From an uncultured Gammaproteobacteria bacterium (GTDB lineage: Bacteria > Pseudomonadota > Gammaproteobacteria > DRLM01), in contig CAVSNY010000006.1 of assembly GCA_963729605.1 (NCBI GenBank), forward strand, positions 320,001 through 384,000: DNA of 64,000 bases, read 5' to 3'. Every line of letters starts with the position of its first letter. Position 1 is the first letter of the stretch. Positions 55,353 to 64,000 of this stretch are shown one piece after another. The notes beneath the pieces are model-generated. The model did not search any database and was not told the origin of the DNA. It saw only the letters and a list, made by a program, of their open reading frames with translations. The position numbers and the translations under genes were made by a program.

Positions 55353-56418
55353 GGGCCACCTCCAAACACTGCGCCGCGACCAGCGCCGCCGCATCGGTCC
55401 GCGCGAGACGCCGCGCCGCCTGCGCCATATTCACTAGATGCGACCGCGCGGCGTCCCCGCAAAACGGCGTCAATAACTCATTCAAGGACGTCGCGGTGAG
55501 TTCACGTTGCTGCACCACCAGCGCCGCCTGCGCCTGTACCAGGTACTGCGCGTTATGAGTCTGATGATCGTCCACCGCGTGCGGATACGGCACCAGCAGC
55601 GCGCCCACGCCGGCGGCGGCCAACTCGGCGATGGTGAGCGCGCCGGCGCGGCACACCACCAGGTCCGCCCAGGCGTAGGCCGCCGCCATATCGTCGATGA
55701 AGGGTTCGATGCGCGCGGTCACGCCGGCGTTTTGATACGCGGCGCGCGCCTCGTCGAGATTGCGGCCGCCGGTTTGATGCCAGATCGTCGGCCGCGTATT
55801 CATCAGCGTCACCGCCGCCGGTACGACCTCGTTGAGCGCACGCGCACCGAGGCTGCCGCCCAGCACGAGCAGCCGGATCGGACCACTGCGTCCAGCGAAA
55901 CGTTGTTCCGGCGCGGGTAATTCCGCGATCTCGCGCCGCACCGGGTTGCCGGTGTGCAGAACATCTTTGCGACGGAAGGTATCCGGAAACGCGGCGCACA
56001 CCCGCTGCGCCAGCGGCGCCAATAACCGATTGGTCATGCCCGCGATCGAATTCTGCTCATGTATCACCAAAGGTTTCCGCAACAACCAGGTCATGACACC
56101 GCCGGGCCCGGTGACGAAGCCGCCCATGCCCAGCACCGCCGTCGGCCGCTGCCGGAAGATCACCACCGCCACCTGCGTCGCCGCACGCAACAGTTGAAAC
56201 GGCGCGAGCAACCAAGCCAGCCCGCCTTTACCGCGCAGGCCGGCGACGCTGATCCATTCCATATCGATGCCCGCCGCCGGCACCAGCTTCGCCTCCAGAC
56301 CACGCCGCGTACCCAGCCAAAACACCTCGGCGCCGCGCGCGCGCAATTCCGCCGCCACCGCGAGCGCGGGAAAGACGTGGCCGCCGGTGCCGCCGGCCAT
56401 GATCATCACCCGCGCCAT
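55345..56418 (-). CDS. murG: Lipid II GlcNAc transferase
   Basis: [39 protein letters not shown]. Confidence 0.97.
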   Translation of the reverse strand: MARVMIMAGGTGGHVFPALAVAAELRARGAEVFWLGTRRGLEAKLVPAAGIDMEWISVAGLRGKGGLAWLLAPFQLLRAATQVAVVIFRQRPTAVLGMGGFVTGPGGVMTWLLRKPLVIHEQNSIAGMTNRLLAPLAQRVCAAFPDTFRRKDVLHTGNPVRREIAELPAPEQRFAGRSGPIRLLVLGGSLGARALNEVVPAAVTLMNTRPTIWHQTGGRNLDEARAAYQNAGVTARIEPFIDDMAAAYAWADLVVCRAGALTIAELAAAGVGALLVPYPHAVDDHQTHNAQYLVQAQAALVVQQRELTATSLNELLTPFCGDAARSHLVNMAQAARRLARTDAAALVAAQCLEVAHG

Positions 56419-57658
56419 TTGAACAAGCCCCCTCTCCCGCGAACGGGCTGGGATGAAGGTATTTCCCCAACCATCCCCTTGACTGACGGGGCCGCGGATC
56501 TTCCCGCGGGAAACGCGTCTCGTAATCCACCCGCAGCAGCAGCGCCACCGCCATGCACATGACGATGATGCTGGAACCGCCGTAGCTCATCAGCGGCAGG
56601 GTCAAACCTTTGGTGGGCAGCGCGCCCATGTTGACCCCCATGTTGATGAAGGCTTGCAAACCCAGCCAAAGGCCGACGCCGTAGGCCAGATAGGCGCCGA
56701 AGCGGTTGCCGCTCAACTCGGCGCGATAACCAATGACGAAGGCGCGCCACACCAACAACGCGAACAGGACCAGCACCACCGCCACGCCCAGCAGGCCCAA
56801 TTCCTCGGCGAGCACCGCGAACAAAAAGTCGGTGTGCGCCTCGGGCAGATAAAAGAGTTTTTGTATCGAACCGCCCAAGCCGACGCCGAACCACTCGCCG
56901 CGACCGATAGCGATCAAGGCCTGGGTGAGCTGAAAGCCGCTGTCGAAGGGATCGGCCCAGGGATCGAGGAAGGTGGTCAAACGCTGCATGCGATAAGGCG
57001 AGGTCCAAGCCAGGGCGCCGGCGACCGCGCCGACCGCGCCGAGCACCACCGCAAAGTGCCAGAGGCGCACCCCGCCGAGGAAGATCATGCCCAAGGCGGT
57101 GGCGAACATCACCACCGCGGCGCCGAAGTCCGGTTCCGCTAGCAACAGCACCGCGATGAAGGACAACAAGGCCAGCGGCTTGAGAAAGCCCTGAAAGGTG
57201 CTGCGCACCGCTTCGCCGTGCCGCACCAAATAACCGGCCAGATAAATGATGACGAACAGTTTCACCGGTTCCGAGGCCTGTAGATTGAACAGGCCGAACG
57301 GCAACCAGCGGCGGCTGCCGTTCACCTCGCGGCCGAGGCCGGGGATGAGCACCGCCACCAGCAACGCGATACCGACGAACAACAACACCATGCCGCCCTT
57401 TTCCCAATACACGAGACGGGTGCGCGTCACCCCCCAGGCCGCCAGCAGGCCCAGCGCGACGAAGATCAATTGGCGCACGGTGTAATAAAACGGCTGGCCG
57501 AATTGCCGGTCGGACAGACTGATTGACGCCGAGGCCACCATCACCAGACCCAGCGCCAACAAGCTCACCGCCACGCCGGCGAGCAGCGGATCGAACCACG
57601 GATTATCGCCGCCCACCGCCTGGCGCCGTTCGCTCGCGGGAGTGAAAGCGTCCATCAT
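56406..57658 (-). CDS. ftsW: Peptidoglycan polymerase FtsW (3' end uncertain; as sequenced reads on to 56228)
   Basis: VNGSRRW, QASE, EPDFG, YRMQR, LPEAHTDF, PTKGLTLPLMSYGGSS; one extra G at 56428-56432 would end it ...EGGLFKWRG* at 56406. Confidence 0.93.
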
Positions 57659-59034
57659 GCCGACATGCTCCGCACCGCCTCGCTGAACACGTCGCCGCGA
57701 TGGTCGTACCCTTTGAACATGTCGAAGCTGGCGCAGGCCGGCGAGAGCAGGACCGTATCGCCGCTTTGCGCCAGTTCGCGGGACCGCGACACCGCCTCCT
57801 CCATGCTCGCCACGTTCACCACCGGTACCACGCCCTCTAACGCGCGCTCGATCAGCGGCGCATCGCGGCCCAGCAGCACCACCGCCCGCGCCTTGGCCGC
57901 CACCGCGTTTTTCAATAGAGAAAAGTCCTGACCCTTGCCGAGCCCGCCGGCGATCAACACCACCTTGCCCGGCATGCCTTGCAGGGCCGCGACGGTCGCG
58001 CCGACATTGGTGCCCTTGGAATCGTTGTACCAGGTCACGCCGTCCCGGGTCGCCACCCATTGGGTGCGATGCGGCAGACCGGCGAAACGCCGCAGCGTAG
58101 CGAGCATGCCGTCCATGGGCAGCCCGACCGCCGCGCCCAGGGCCAGCGCGGCGAGGGCGTTGGCGATATTGTGCGCCCCTTTGATACGCAGCTCCGCCGC
58201 GCTCATCAACACAGCGGCACCCTGCGCCAACCACGGTTGACCGGCGCGCTCCACCACGCCGAAATCGTCGCCCGCCGGCGCGCCCAAACCGAAACGCGTG
58301 ATGCGCCGGCCGCGTTGCGCCATGGCGGTCACTAGCGGATCGTCGGCGTTGATCACCATCACACCGTCGCCGCGATAGATGCGGGCCTTGGCGGCGGCGT
58401 AGCCGTCCATATCGCGATAGCGGTCCATGTGGTCCGGGCTGAGGTTCAACACCGTCGCCGCCGCGGCGTTCAGACTCGTGGTGGTCTCCAATTGAAAACT
58501 CGACAACTCCAACACGTAACAATCCGGCGCGGTTTCTTCGATCAAATCCAGCGCCGGCGTGCCGAGGTTGCCGCCCACCCGCACTCGGCGGCCGGCGTCG
58601 GCCACCATTTCGCCCACCAAGGTGGTGACCGTGCTCTTGCCGTTGGCGCCGGTGATGGCGATGACCGGCGCGCGCGCCGCTTCCGGCGTCCTGCCTCCCG
58701 CGGCACTGGTACCTCCCTGTACGGCGCGCGCGAACAATTCGATGTCGCCCACCGCCTCCGCGCCGCGATTGACGGCGGCGGCGATCGGCGCCTCCGTCAA
58801 GGCCACGCCGGGGCTCACGATCAGCCGTTGCGCGCGGAAGATCACCATGGGATCGAAGCCGCCGAGATGCACGGCGGCCCCGGGAAACTCGCGGCGGAAT
58901 ACCGCCAGCTCCGGCGGATTGGCGCGGCTGTCGATGGCGGCGAACTCTTCACCGCGGCGTGCGAGAAAACGCGCGCAGGACAGTCCGGTTTTACCCAGTC
59001 CCACGATCAGATTCGGCAGATCCCGTTTAATCAT
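57655..59034 (-). CDS. murD: UDP-MurNAc-L-Ala--D-glutamate ligase
   Basis: GLGKTG, VSPG, ITGANGKSTVT, ELSSFQLE, DHMDRY, NDSKGTN, LSPACASFD. Confidence 0.97.
   Translation of the reverse strand: MIKRDLPNLIVGLGKTGLSCARFLARRGEEFAAIDSRANPPELAVFRREFPGAAVHLGGFDPMVIFRAQRLIVSPGVALTEAPIAAAVNRGAEAVGDIELFARAVQGGTSAAGGRTPEAARAPVIAITGANGKSTVTTLVGEMVADAGRRVRVGGNLGTPALDLIEETAPDCYVLELSSFQLETTTSLNAAAATVLNLSPDHMDRYRDMDGYAAAKARIYRGDGVMVINADDPLVTAMAQRGRRITRFGLGAPAGDDFGVVERAGQPWLAQGAAVLMSAAELRIKGAHNIANALAALALGAAVGLPMDGMLATLRRFAGLPHRTQWVATRDGVTWYNDSKGTNVGATVAALQGMPGKVVLIAGGLGKGQDFSLLKNAVAAKARAVVLLGRDAPLIERALEGVVPVVNVASMEEAVSRSRELAQSGDTVLLSPACASFDMFKGYDHRGDVFSEAVRSMSA
58678..58722. repeat. 45-bp in-frame hairpin-containing insertion inside murD
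   Basis: Encodes VQGGTSAAGGRTPEA between ELFARA and ARAPVIAITG; plus strand has GGC-GTCCT-GCC and GTAC-CTCCCT-GTAC mini-hairpins. Confidence 0.6.
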
Positions 59035-59044
59035 TTGCGTCCGC

Positions 59045-60127
59045 TCACCGTATCTTCAAACTGGCGAGGCCGATCAACACCAGCAACACCGTCACGATCC
59101 AAAACCGCACGATCACCCGCGGCTCCGGCCAACCCTTCAACTCAAAATGATGATGCAAAGGCGCCATGCGAAAAATGCGTTTACCGGTAAGCTTGAAGGA
59201 CGCCACTTGCAAGATCACCGACAGCGTCTCCATCACGAACACGCCGCCCATGATGAACAGCACGATCTCTTGATGGACGATCACCGCGATCACGCCCAGC
59301 GCCGCGCCCAAGGCCAGCGCGCCGATGTCGCCCATGAACACCTGGGCGGGATAGGCGTTGAACCACAAAAATCCCAGCCCCGCGCCCACCAGCGCGCCGC
59401 AGATCACCACCACTTCGCCGACCCCATTCACGTAAGGTATGCCGAGATAGCCGGCGAATTTCACGTGGCCGGTGACATAGGCGAAGATGCCCAGCGCCCC
59501 CGCCACCAGCACCGTGGGCATGATGGCGAGGCCGTCGAGACCGTCGGTGAGATTCACCGCGTTGCTGGTGCCGACGATCACGAAATAGGCGAACAGGATG
59601 AACACCGCGCCCAACTGGATATACGTGTCTTTCAAAAACGGAATGATGAGCTGAGTCTCCGCCGGGGTTTGCGCGCCGTAATATAAAAAGGCCGCCGCGC
59701 CGAGGCCCACCACCGACTGCCAAAAATATTTGGCGCGCGCCGAAAGACCCTTGGAGTTTTTCAGCACCAGTTTTTTGTAGTCGTCCCACCAGCCGATCGC
59801 GCCGAACAACAGAGTGACGATCAACACCACCCAGATGTAGCGATTGCTCAAGTCGGCCCACAACAGCGTGCTCACCGCCACCGCCACCAGAATCAAGGCG
59901 CCGCCCATGGTGGGCGTGCCGGCCTTTTTCTGGTGGCTTTGCGGACCCAGCTCGCGGATCTGCTGGCCGATTTGATACTGGCTGAGGCGGCGGATCATCG
60001 CCGGTCCAAAGATGAACAAAAACACCAGCGCGGTCAGCACGCCCAGGATCGCGCGCAGCGTGATGTACTGAAACACGCCGAAGCCGCTGTAACTTTGCGC
60101 GAGCCATTGTGTGAGATAAAGCAACAC
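59045..60127 (-). CDS. mraY: Phospho-MurNAc-pentapeptide transferase
   Basis: [41 protein letters not shown]. Confidence 0.98.
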   Translation of the reverse strand: MLLYLTQWLAQSYSGFGVFQYITLRAILGVLTALVFLFIFGPAMIRRLSQYQIGQQIRELGPQSHQKKAGTPTMGGALILVAVAVSTLLWADLSNRYIWVVLIVTLLFGAIGWWDDYKKLVLKNSKGLSARAKYFWQSVVGLGAAAFLYYGAQTPAETQLIIPFLKDTYIQLGAVFILFAYFVIVGTSNAVNLTDGLDGLAIMPTVLVAGALGIFAYVTGHVKFAGYLGIPYVNGVGEVVVICGALVGAGLGFLWFNAYPAQVFMGDIGALALGAALGVIAVIVHQEIVLFIMGGVFVMETLSVILQVASFKLTGKRIFRMAPLHHHFELKGWPEPRVIVRFWIVTVLLVLIGLASLKIR

Positions 60128-60132
60128 GAATC

Positions 60133-61536
60133 TTAACCCTCGCCCGGCTGCCGGGCATGCAACTGATCCGCGGCGCCGGTCAGCGCCTCCACTACTTTTT
60201 CCATTTGCGCGCTCCGCGAGCCTTTCACCAGCAGCGTGATGGGTTCGTCACCCTTGGTCAGCCGTTTCCGCAAGGCGTCGATCAATTCCGCTTGGGTAGG
60301 AAAGTGATGCGCGCCGGCGCCGAAGGCCGCCGCCGTGCGGCCGCTCAAGACGCCGGCGGTGTAGAGTTCCGCCACGCCCGCGGCGCGCGCCACCCCGCCC
60401 AAATTCGCGTGCAATTCCTCGGCGCCCTCGCCCAGTTCGCCCAGGTCGCCCATCACGAATAGATGACGGCCGGGCAGCTCGACCAGCACCCGCAAGGCGG
60501 CGCGCACCGAACTGGGGTTGGCGTTGTAGGTATCGTCGATGACGCTCACCCGCTGATTGAGACGCCGCCATTGCAAGCGGCCTTTCACCGGCCGCATCGC
60601 GGCGAGACCGGCCTGGATGTCGCCCATATCGGCGCCGACCGCCAAGGCCGCCGCGGCCGCCGCGCAGGCGTTAATCACATTGTGTCTGCCCAGCAGTTGC
60701 AAATGCACCGGCGCCTCACCGCGCGGCGTGCGCAGGGTGAAGGCCAGGCCCGGGTGGGCGCCGTCCATCATCCGTTCCGTTCCCTCCGCCACCGTCACCT
60801 CGGCATGCGCATAACCGAAGCTGATGACCGGCCGCCGGCCGATCACGCCCCGCCAATAATCGGCGTAGGCGTCGTCGGCGTTGAGCACCGCCACGCCGTC
60901 GGCGGCCAGCGCCGCGTAGATCTCGCCCTTGCCGCGCGCCACGCCGTCGAGGCTGCCGAAGCCTTCGAGATGGGCCGCGCCGGCGTTGGTGATCAGCGCC
61001 GCCGTCGGCCGGGCCAAACCGGCGACGTAGGCGATCTCGCCGAGATGATTGGCGCCCATCTCGATCACCGCGTAGCGGTGGTCGGCGCGCAAGCGGAACA
61101 AGGTCAAAGGCACGCCGTAGTCGTTATTGAGATTGCCTTGGGTCACCAGCACCTCGCCACGCTGGCGCAGGATCGCGGCGAGCATTTCCTTGACCGTGGT
61201 CTTGCCGTTGCTGCCGGTCACGCCCACCACCGGCACAGTAAAACGCGCGCGCCACGCCGCGGCGAGCTGGCCGAGGGCCAGCCGCGTGTCGTTCACCACG
61301 ATCTGCGGCAAGGCAATATCCCGCGGCGCGTCCACCACCGCCGCCGCCGCGCCGCGCGCCGCCGCGTCATCGATAAAAGCATGGCCGTCGTGGCGTTCGC
61401 CTTTGATCGCCACATAGACGTCGCCCGCTTGCAGGGTGCGGCTGTCGATGCTCACGCTGTCGAATTCCGCGTCGGCGCCGCGCAGGACACCGCCCGCCGC
61501 CACCGCCGCCTCACTCAAACGCAGGCCGCCGCTCAT
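60133..61536 (-). CDS. murF: UDP-MurNAc-tripeptide--D-Ala-D-Ala ligase
   Basis: [43 protein letters not shown]; ATGA overlap with murE. Confidence 0.97.
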   Translation of the reverse strand: MSGGLRLSEAAVAAGGVLRGADAEFDSVSIDSRTLQAGDVYVAIKGERHDGHAFIDDAAARGAAAAVVDAPRDIALPQIVVNDTRLALGQLAAAWRARFTVPVVGVTGSNGKTTVKEMLAAILRQRGEVLVTQGNLNNDYGVPLTLFRLRADHRYAVIEMGANHLGEIAYVAGLARPTAALITNAGAAHLEGFGSLDGVARGKGEIYAALAADGVAVLNADDAYADYWRGVIGRRPVISFGYAHAEVTVAEGTERMMDGAHPGLAFTLRTPRGEAPVHLQLLGRHNVINACAAAAAALAVGADMGDIQAGLAAMRPVKGRLQWRRLNQRVSVIDDTYNANPSSVRAALRVLVELPGRHLFVMGDLGELGEGAEELHANLGGVARAAGVAELYTAGVLSGRTAAAFGAGAHHFPTQAELIDALRKRLTKGDEPITLLVKGSRSAQMEKVVEALTGAADQLHARQPGEG

Positions 61537-63059
61537 GGCCGTCCCCCGCTCAACAAACGCGCCACCACCGCCTGATCGGAAAACGGCACGTACTGCGCGC
61601 CGATCTGCTGATAGGCCTCGTGCCCTTTGCCGGCCACCAGCACCACGTCGCTTGGATTCGCCTGGGTCACCGCGTAGGCGATGGCCGCGGCGCGTTCGTG
61701 GATGACTTGCACCTCGGCCTCCGCGGCGATGCCGGCCATGATGTCGGCGACGATCGCCGCGGGGTCTTCGCCGCGCGGATTGTCGTCGGTGATGATCACC
61801 CGATCCGCCAGCCGCGCCGCCGCCGCGCCCATCAACGGCCGTTTGCCGCGGTCGCGATCGCCGCCGCAACCGAACACGCACCACACCCGGCCGCGACTGT
61901 GGGCGCGCAACGCGCTCAACACCTGCTCCAAGGCGTCGGGGGTATGGGCATAATCCACCACCACCCGCGGCGCGGCGCCGCCGCCGAAGCACTGCATACG
62001 GCCGGTCACCGCCTGCAAGCGGCCGAGCCGGCGCAAGGCCTCGTCGAAAGCGATGCCCATGATCAACAGCGTGGCGAGCACCGCCAACACATTGCTGACG
62101 TTGAAGCGGCCGAGCAGCGGCACCCGCACTTCACCCTCGCCCCACGGGCTGTGCACGGTCAGTTGCATGCCGTCGTCGTCGAGCCGCACTTCGCGCGCCT
62201 GGACATGGGCGATGGTCGATGCCACCGCGTTCTCCAAACCGTAACTCACGCCCATCACGTCCGAACGAAGATTGGCCAGCAGTTCTCGGCCGAACGCGTC
62301 ATCGCCGTTGACCACCGCGTAACGCAAGCCGGGCAGATGGAACAGCCGCCGCTTGGCCGCGCCGTAGGCGGCCATGTCGCCGTGGTAATCCAAATGATCG
62401 CGCGTGAGATTGGTGAACACCGCTACGTCGAAGGCCACCGCGTTGACCCGGCCCTGATCCAAGGCATGCGACGACGCCTCCATCACCACGCTGCGCGCGC
62501 CGGCGTCACGCAGCCGCGCGAGCAGGGCATGCACGCTCACCGCGTCCGGCGTGGTCAGCGTAGCGCTGGCCAACGCGCCGACCAGGCCGTTGCCCACCGT
62601 GCCGATGATGCCGCAGGGACCCGCTTCGCTGTGCAAAGCGTGGGCGAGGTAGTGGCTGCACGAGGTCTTGCCGTTGGTGCCGGTAATGCCCACCATGAAC
62701 AAGTCGCGGGACGGCTCGCCGAAAAACCGTTCGGCGATCAGGCCGGCGCGCTGGGCGAGATCGACCACCGGGATTTGCGGCACGTCGCCGATGAAGGGCG
62801 GCAGGGACGGCGCCTCGCCGGCGGCGATTTCATAAACCACCGCCACCGCGCCATGGGCCACCGCATCGCCGATGAAATCGTGGCCGCGGCTGCGCAATCC
62901 GGTACAGGCGAGAAATAGACTGCCCGGCCGCACTTGGCGGCTGTCGAGACTGAGGCCGCGCACCGCGCGCCCCATCAGCGGCGGCACGGCGGCGATGTCG
63001 CGCAGCAATTCACTGAGCGGGGGGAACGAATTGGTGGCGTGCCGCGCGGCCATCATCAT
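61533..63059 (-). CDS. murE: UDP-MurNAc-dipeptide--meso-DAP ligase
   Basis: ITGTNGKTS, MEASSH, NLTRDHLDYH, DYAHTPD, DNPR (DAP-specific), AGKGHE. Confidence 0.97.
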   Translation of the reverse strand: MMMAARHATNSFPPLSELLRDIAAVPPLMGRAVRGLSLDSRQVRPGSLFLACTGLRSRGHDFIGDAVAHGAVAVVYEIAAGEAPSLPPFIGDVPQIPVVDLAQRAGLIAERFFGEPSRDLFMVGITGTNGKTSCSHYLAHALHSEAGPCGIIGTVGNGLVGALASATLTTPDAVSVHALLARLRDAGARSVVMEASSHALDQGRVNAVAFDVAVFTNLTRDHLDYHGDMAAYGAAKRRLFHLPGLRYAVVNGDDAFGRELLANLRSDVMGVSYGLENAVASTIAHVQAREVRLDDDGMQLTVHSPWGEGEVRVPLLGRFNVSNVLAVLATLLIMGIAFDEALRRLGRLQAVTGRMQCFGGGAAPRVVVDYAHTPDALEQVLSALRAHSRGRVWCVFGCGGDRDRGKRPLMGAAAARLADRVIITDDNPRGEDPAAIVADIMAGIAAEAEVQVIHERAAAIAYAVTQANPSDVVLVAGKGHEAYQQIGAQYVPFSDQAVVARLLSGGRP

Positions 63060-64000
63060 ATTCCCGCTTGCGCCACGGTCTGGGGCTTGAAGGCCGGCAG
63101 ATCGTCGGGGGCGACGTCGAGCAGGCGCAGCGCGCCGCTCATCACCCGCCCGAACACCGGCGCGGCCACCAAGCCGCCGTAATAGTCATCGCCGCGCGGA
63201 TCGTCGATCACCACCACCATCGCCAGGCGCGGATTGCTGGCGGGCACCAGGCCGGCGAATAACGACAGGTAACTGTCCTCCGCGTAACCGCCCACCCCGG
63301 ATTTGCGCACCGTGCCGGTCTTGCCGGCGACCCGGTAACCCGGCACCCGCGCCGCGCCGCCGGTGCCTTTCTCGCCGGTCGCCGCTTCCAGCATGCTTAT
63401 CAGTTGCCGGGCGACCTTGTCGGTCATCACCCGCTCACCCGCGGGCGATTGCGCCACCGGCAGCAGCGAGACCGGCTTGAGTACCCCGCCGTCGGCCAAG
63501 GCCGCGTAGGCGCGCGCCAATTGCAAGGTGGTGGCGGACAAACCGTAACCGAAAGAGAAGGTGACGCGGTCGATGGGATACCAGCGGTGATAATCTGGCA
63601 AGGAACCCAGCGCCTCGCCGGGAAGATTGCCGCCGCTCAGCGCGCCCAGGCCCATCGCGGAAAATTTCCGCCACAACTGCTCGGGGGGCAGCGCGAGGGC
63701 GAGTTTACCGGTGCCGACATTGCTCGATTTGGCGATCAGGGTGGTCACATCGATGAGGCCGTAGTCGTGCACGTCGCGGATGGTGTTAGGCCCGACCCGC
63801 AGCGTACCCGGCGTGGTGTCGAGCAGAGTGGTGGGCTCGTATTGGCCCGATTCCAAGGCCACCGCCACGGTGAAGGGCTTGACCGTCGAACCCGGCTCAT
63901 AAAGGTCGGTGACGGCGCGGTTGCGGTAATGATCGCTGCGCAGACTGCCGCGGTTATTGGGATTGAAGGCCGGCTGATTGACCATGGCCAGCACCTCGCC
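63056..64000 (-). CDS. ftsI: Penicillin-binding protein 3, C-terminal part (starts beyond window end)
   Basis: EPGSTVK (SxxK), KSSN (SxN), GKTGT (KTG), YYGGLVAAPVF; upstream of murE. Confidence 0.96.
   Translation of the reverse strand, partial: GEVLAMVNQPAFNPNNRGSLRSDHYRNRAVTDLYEPGSTVKPFTVAVALESGQYEPTTLLDTTPGTLRVGPNTIRDVHDYGLIDVTTLIAKSSNVGTGKLALALPPEQLWRKFSAMGLGALSGGNLPGEALGSLPDYHRWYPIDRVTFSFGYGLSATTLQLARAYAALADGGVLKPVSLLPVAQSPAGERVMTDKVARQLISMLEAATGEKGTGGAARVPGYRVAGKTGTVRKSGVGGYAEDSYLSLFAGLVPASNPRLAMVVVIDDPRGDDYYGGLVAAPVFGRVMSGALRLLDVAPDDLPAFKPQTVAQAGI

Noticed and set aside
57659-58522. 764-aa FtsW ORF (and the similar 619-aa MurF ORF) with long N-termini
   Set aside because: Alternative frames of murD and murE; the true starts are the ATGA overlaps at 57658 and 61536.

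Overview
GC-rich gammaproteobacterial chromosome segment. About 16.6-64 kb is mostly conserved housekeeping: ttcA, argA, ptsP-rppH, a HAD phosphatase plus FecCD/BtuCD-type ABC genes, pilT-yggS-proC-yggT-yggU, a dynamin-like GTPase, xth-pyrE, argB-algC-dut-coaBC-radC-rpmBG, desA, argJ-secA, and the dcw cluster from lpxC to a partial ftsI. About 3.5-16.6 kb is a more AT-rich accessory island that reads as a self-contained regulon. It has two Crp/Fnr paralogues without cAMP or FNR ligand residues, and six copies of a 20-bp palindrome (TCTGTNCG-N4-CGNACAGA), four at CRP class II promoter spacing. These sit in front of envelope/stress genes: a BON lipoprotein, a PRC-barrel protein, a pseudo-REC-PAS-GGDEF-EAL protein, and a lipoprotein-anchored DUF3494 ice-binding-like protein followed by a double-OmpA protein. 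The island also encodes a CFA synthase and an lmo0937-type microprotein. Other notable items: a candidate GGA-rich Csr/Rsm-type sRNA between argA and ptsP, an 85-bp TTAA-flanked MITE, a 45-bp hairpin insertion in frame inside murD, two unannotated small membrane proteins, and three single-base homopolymer frameshifts (second crp, proC, probably ftsW) that look like sequencing errors. No rRNA, tRNA, CRISPR array, integrase or transposase was seen. All family calls come from motif recognition by eye, and novelty cannot be confirmed without searches.
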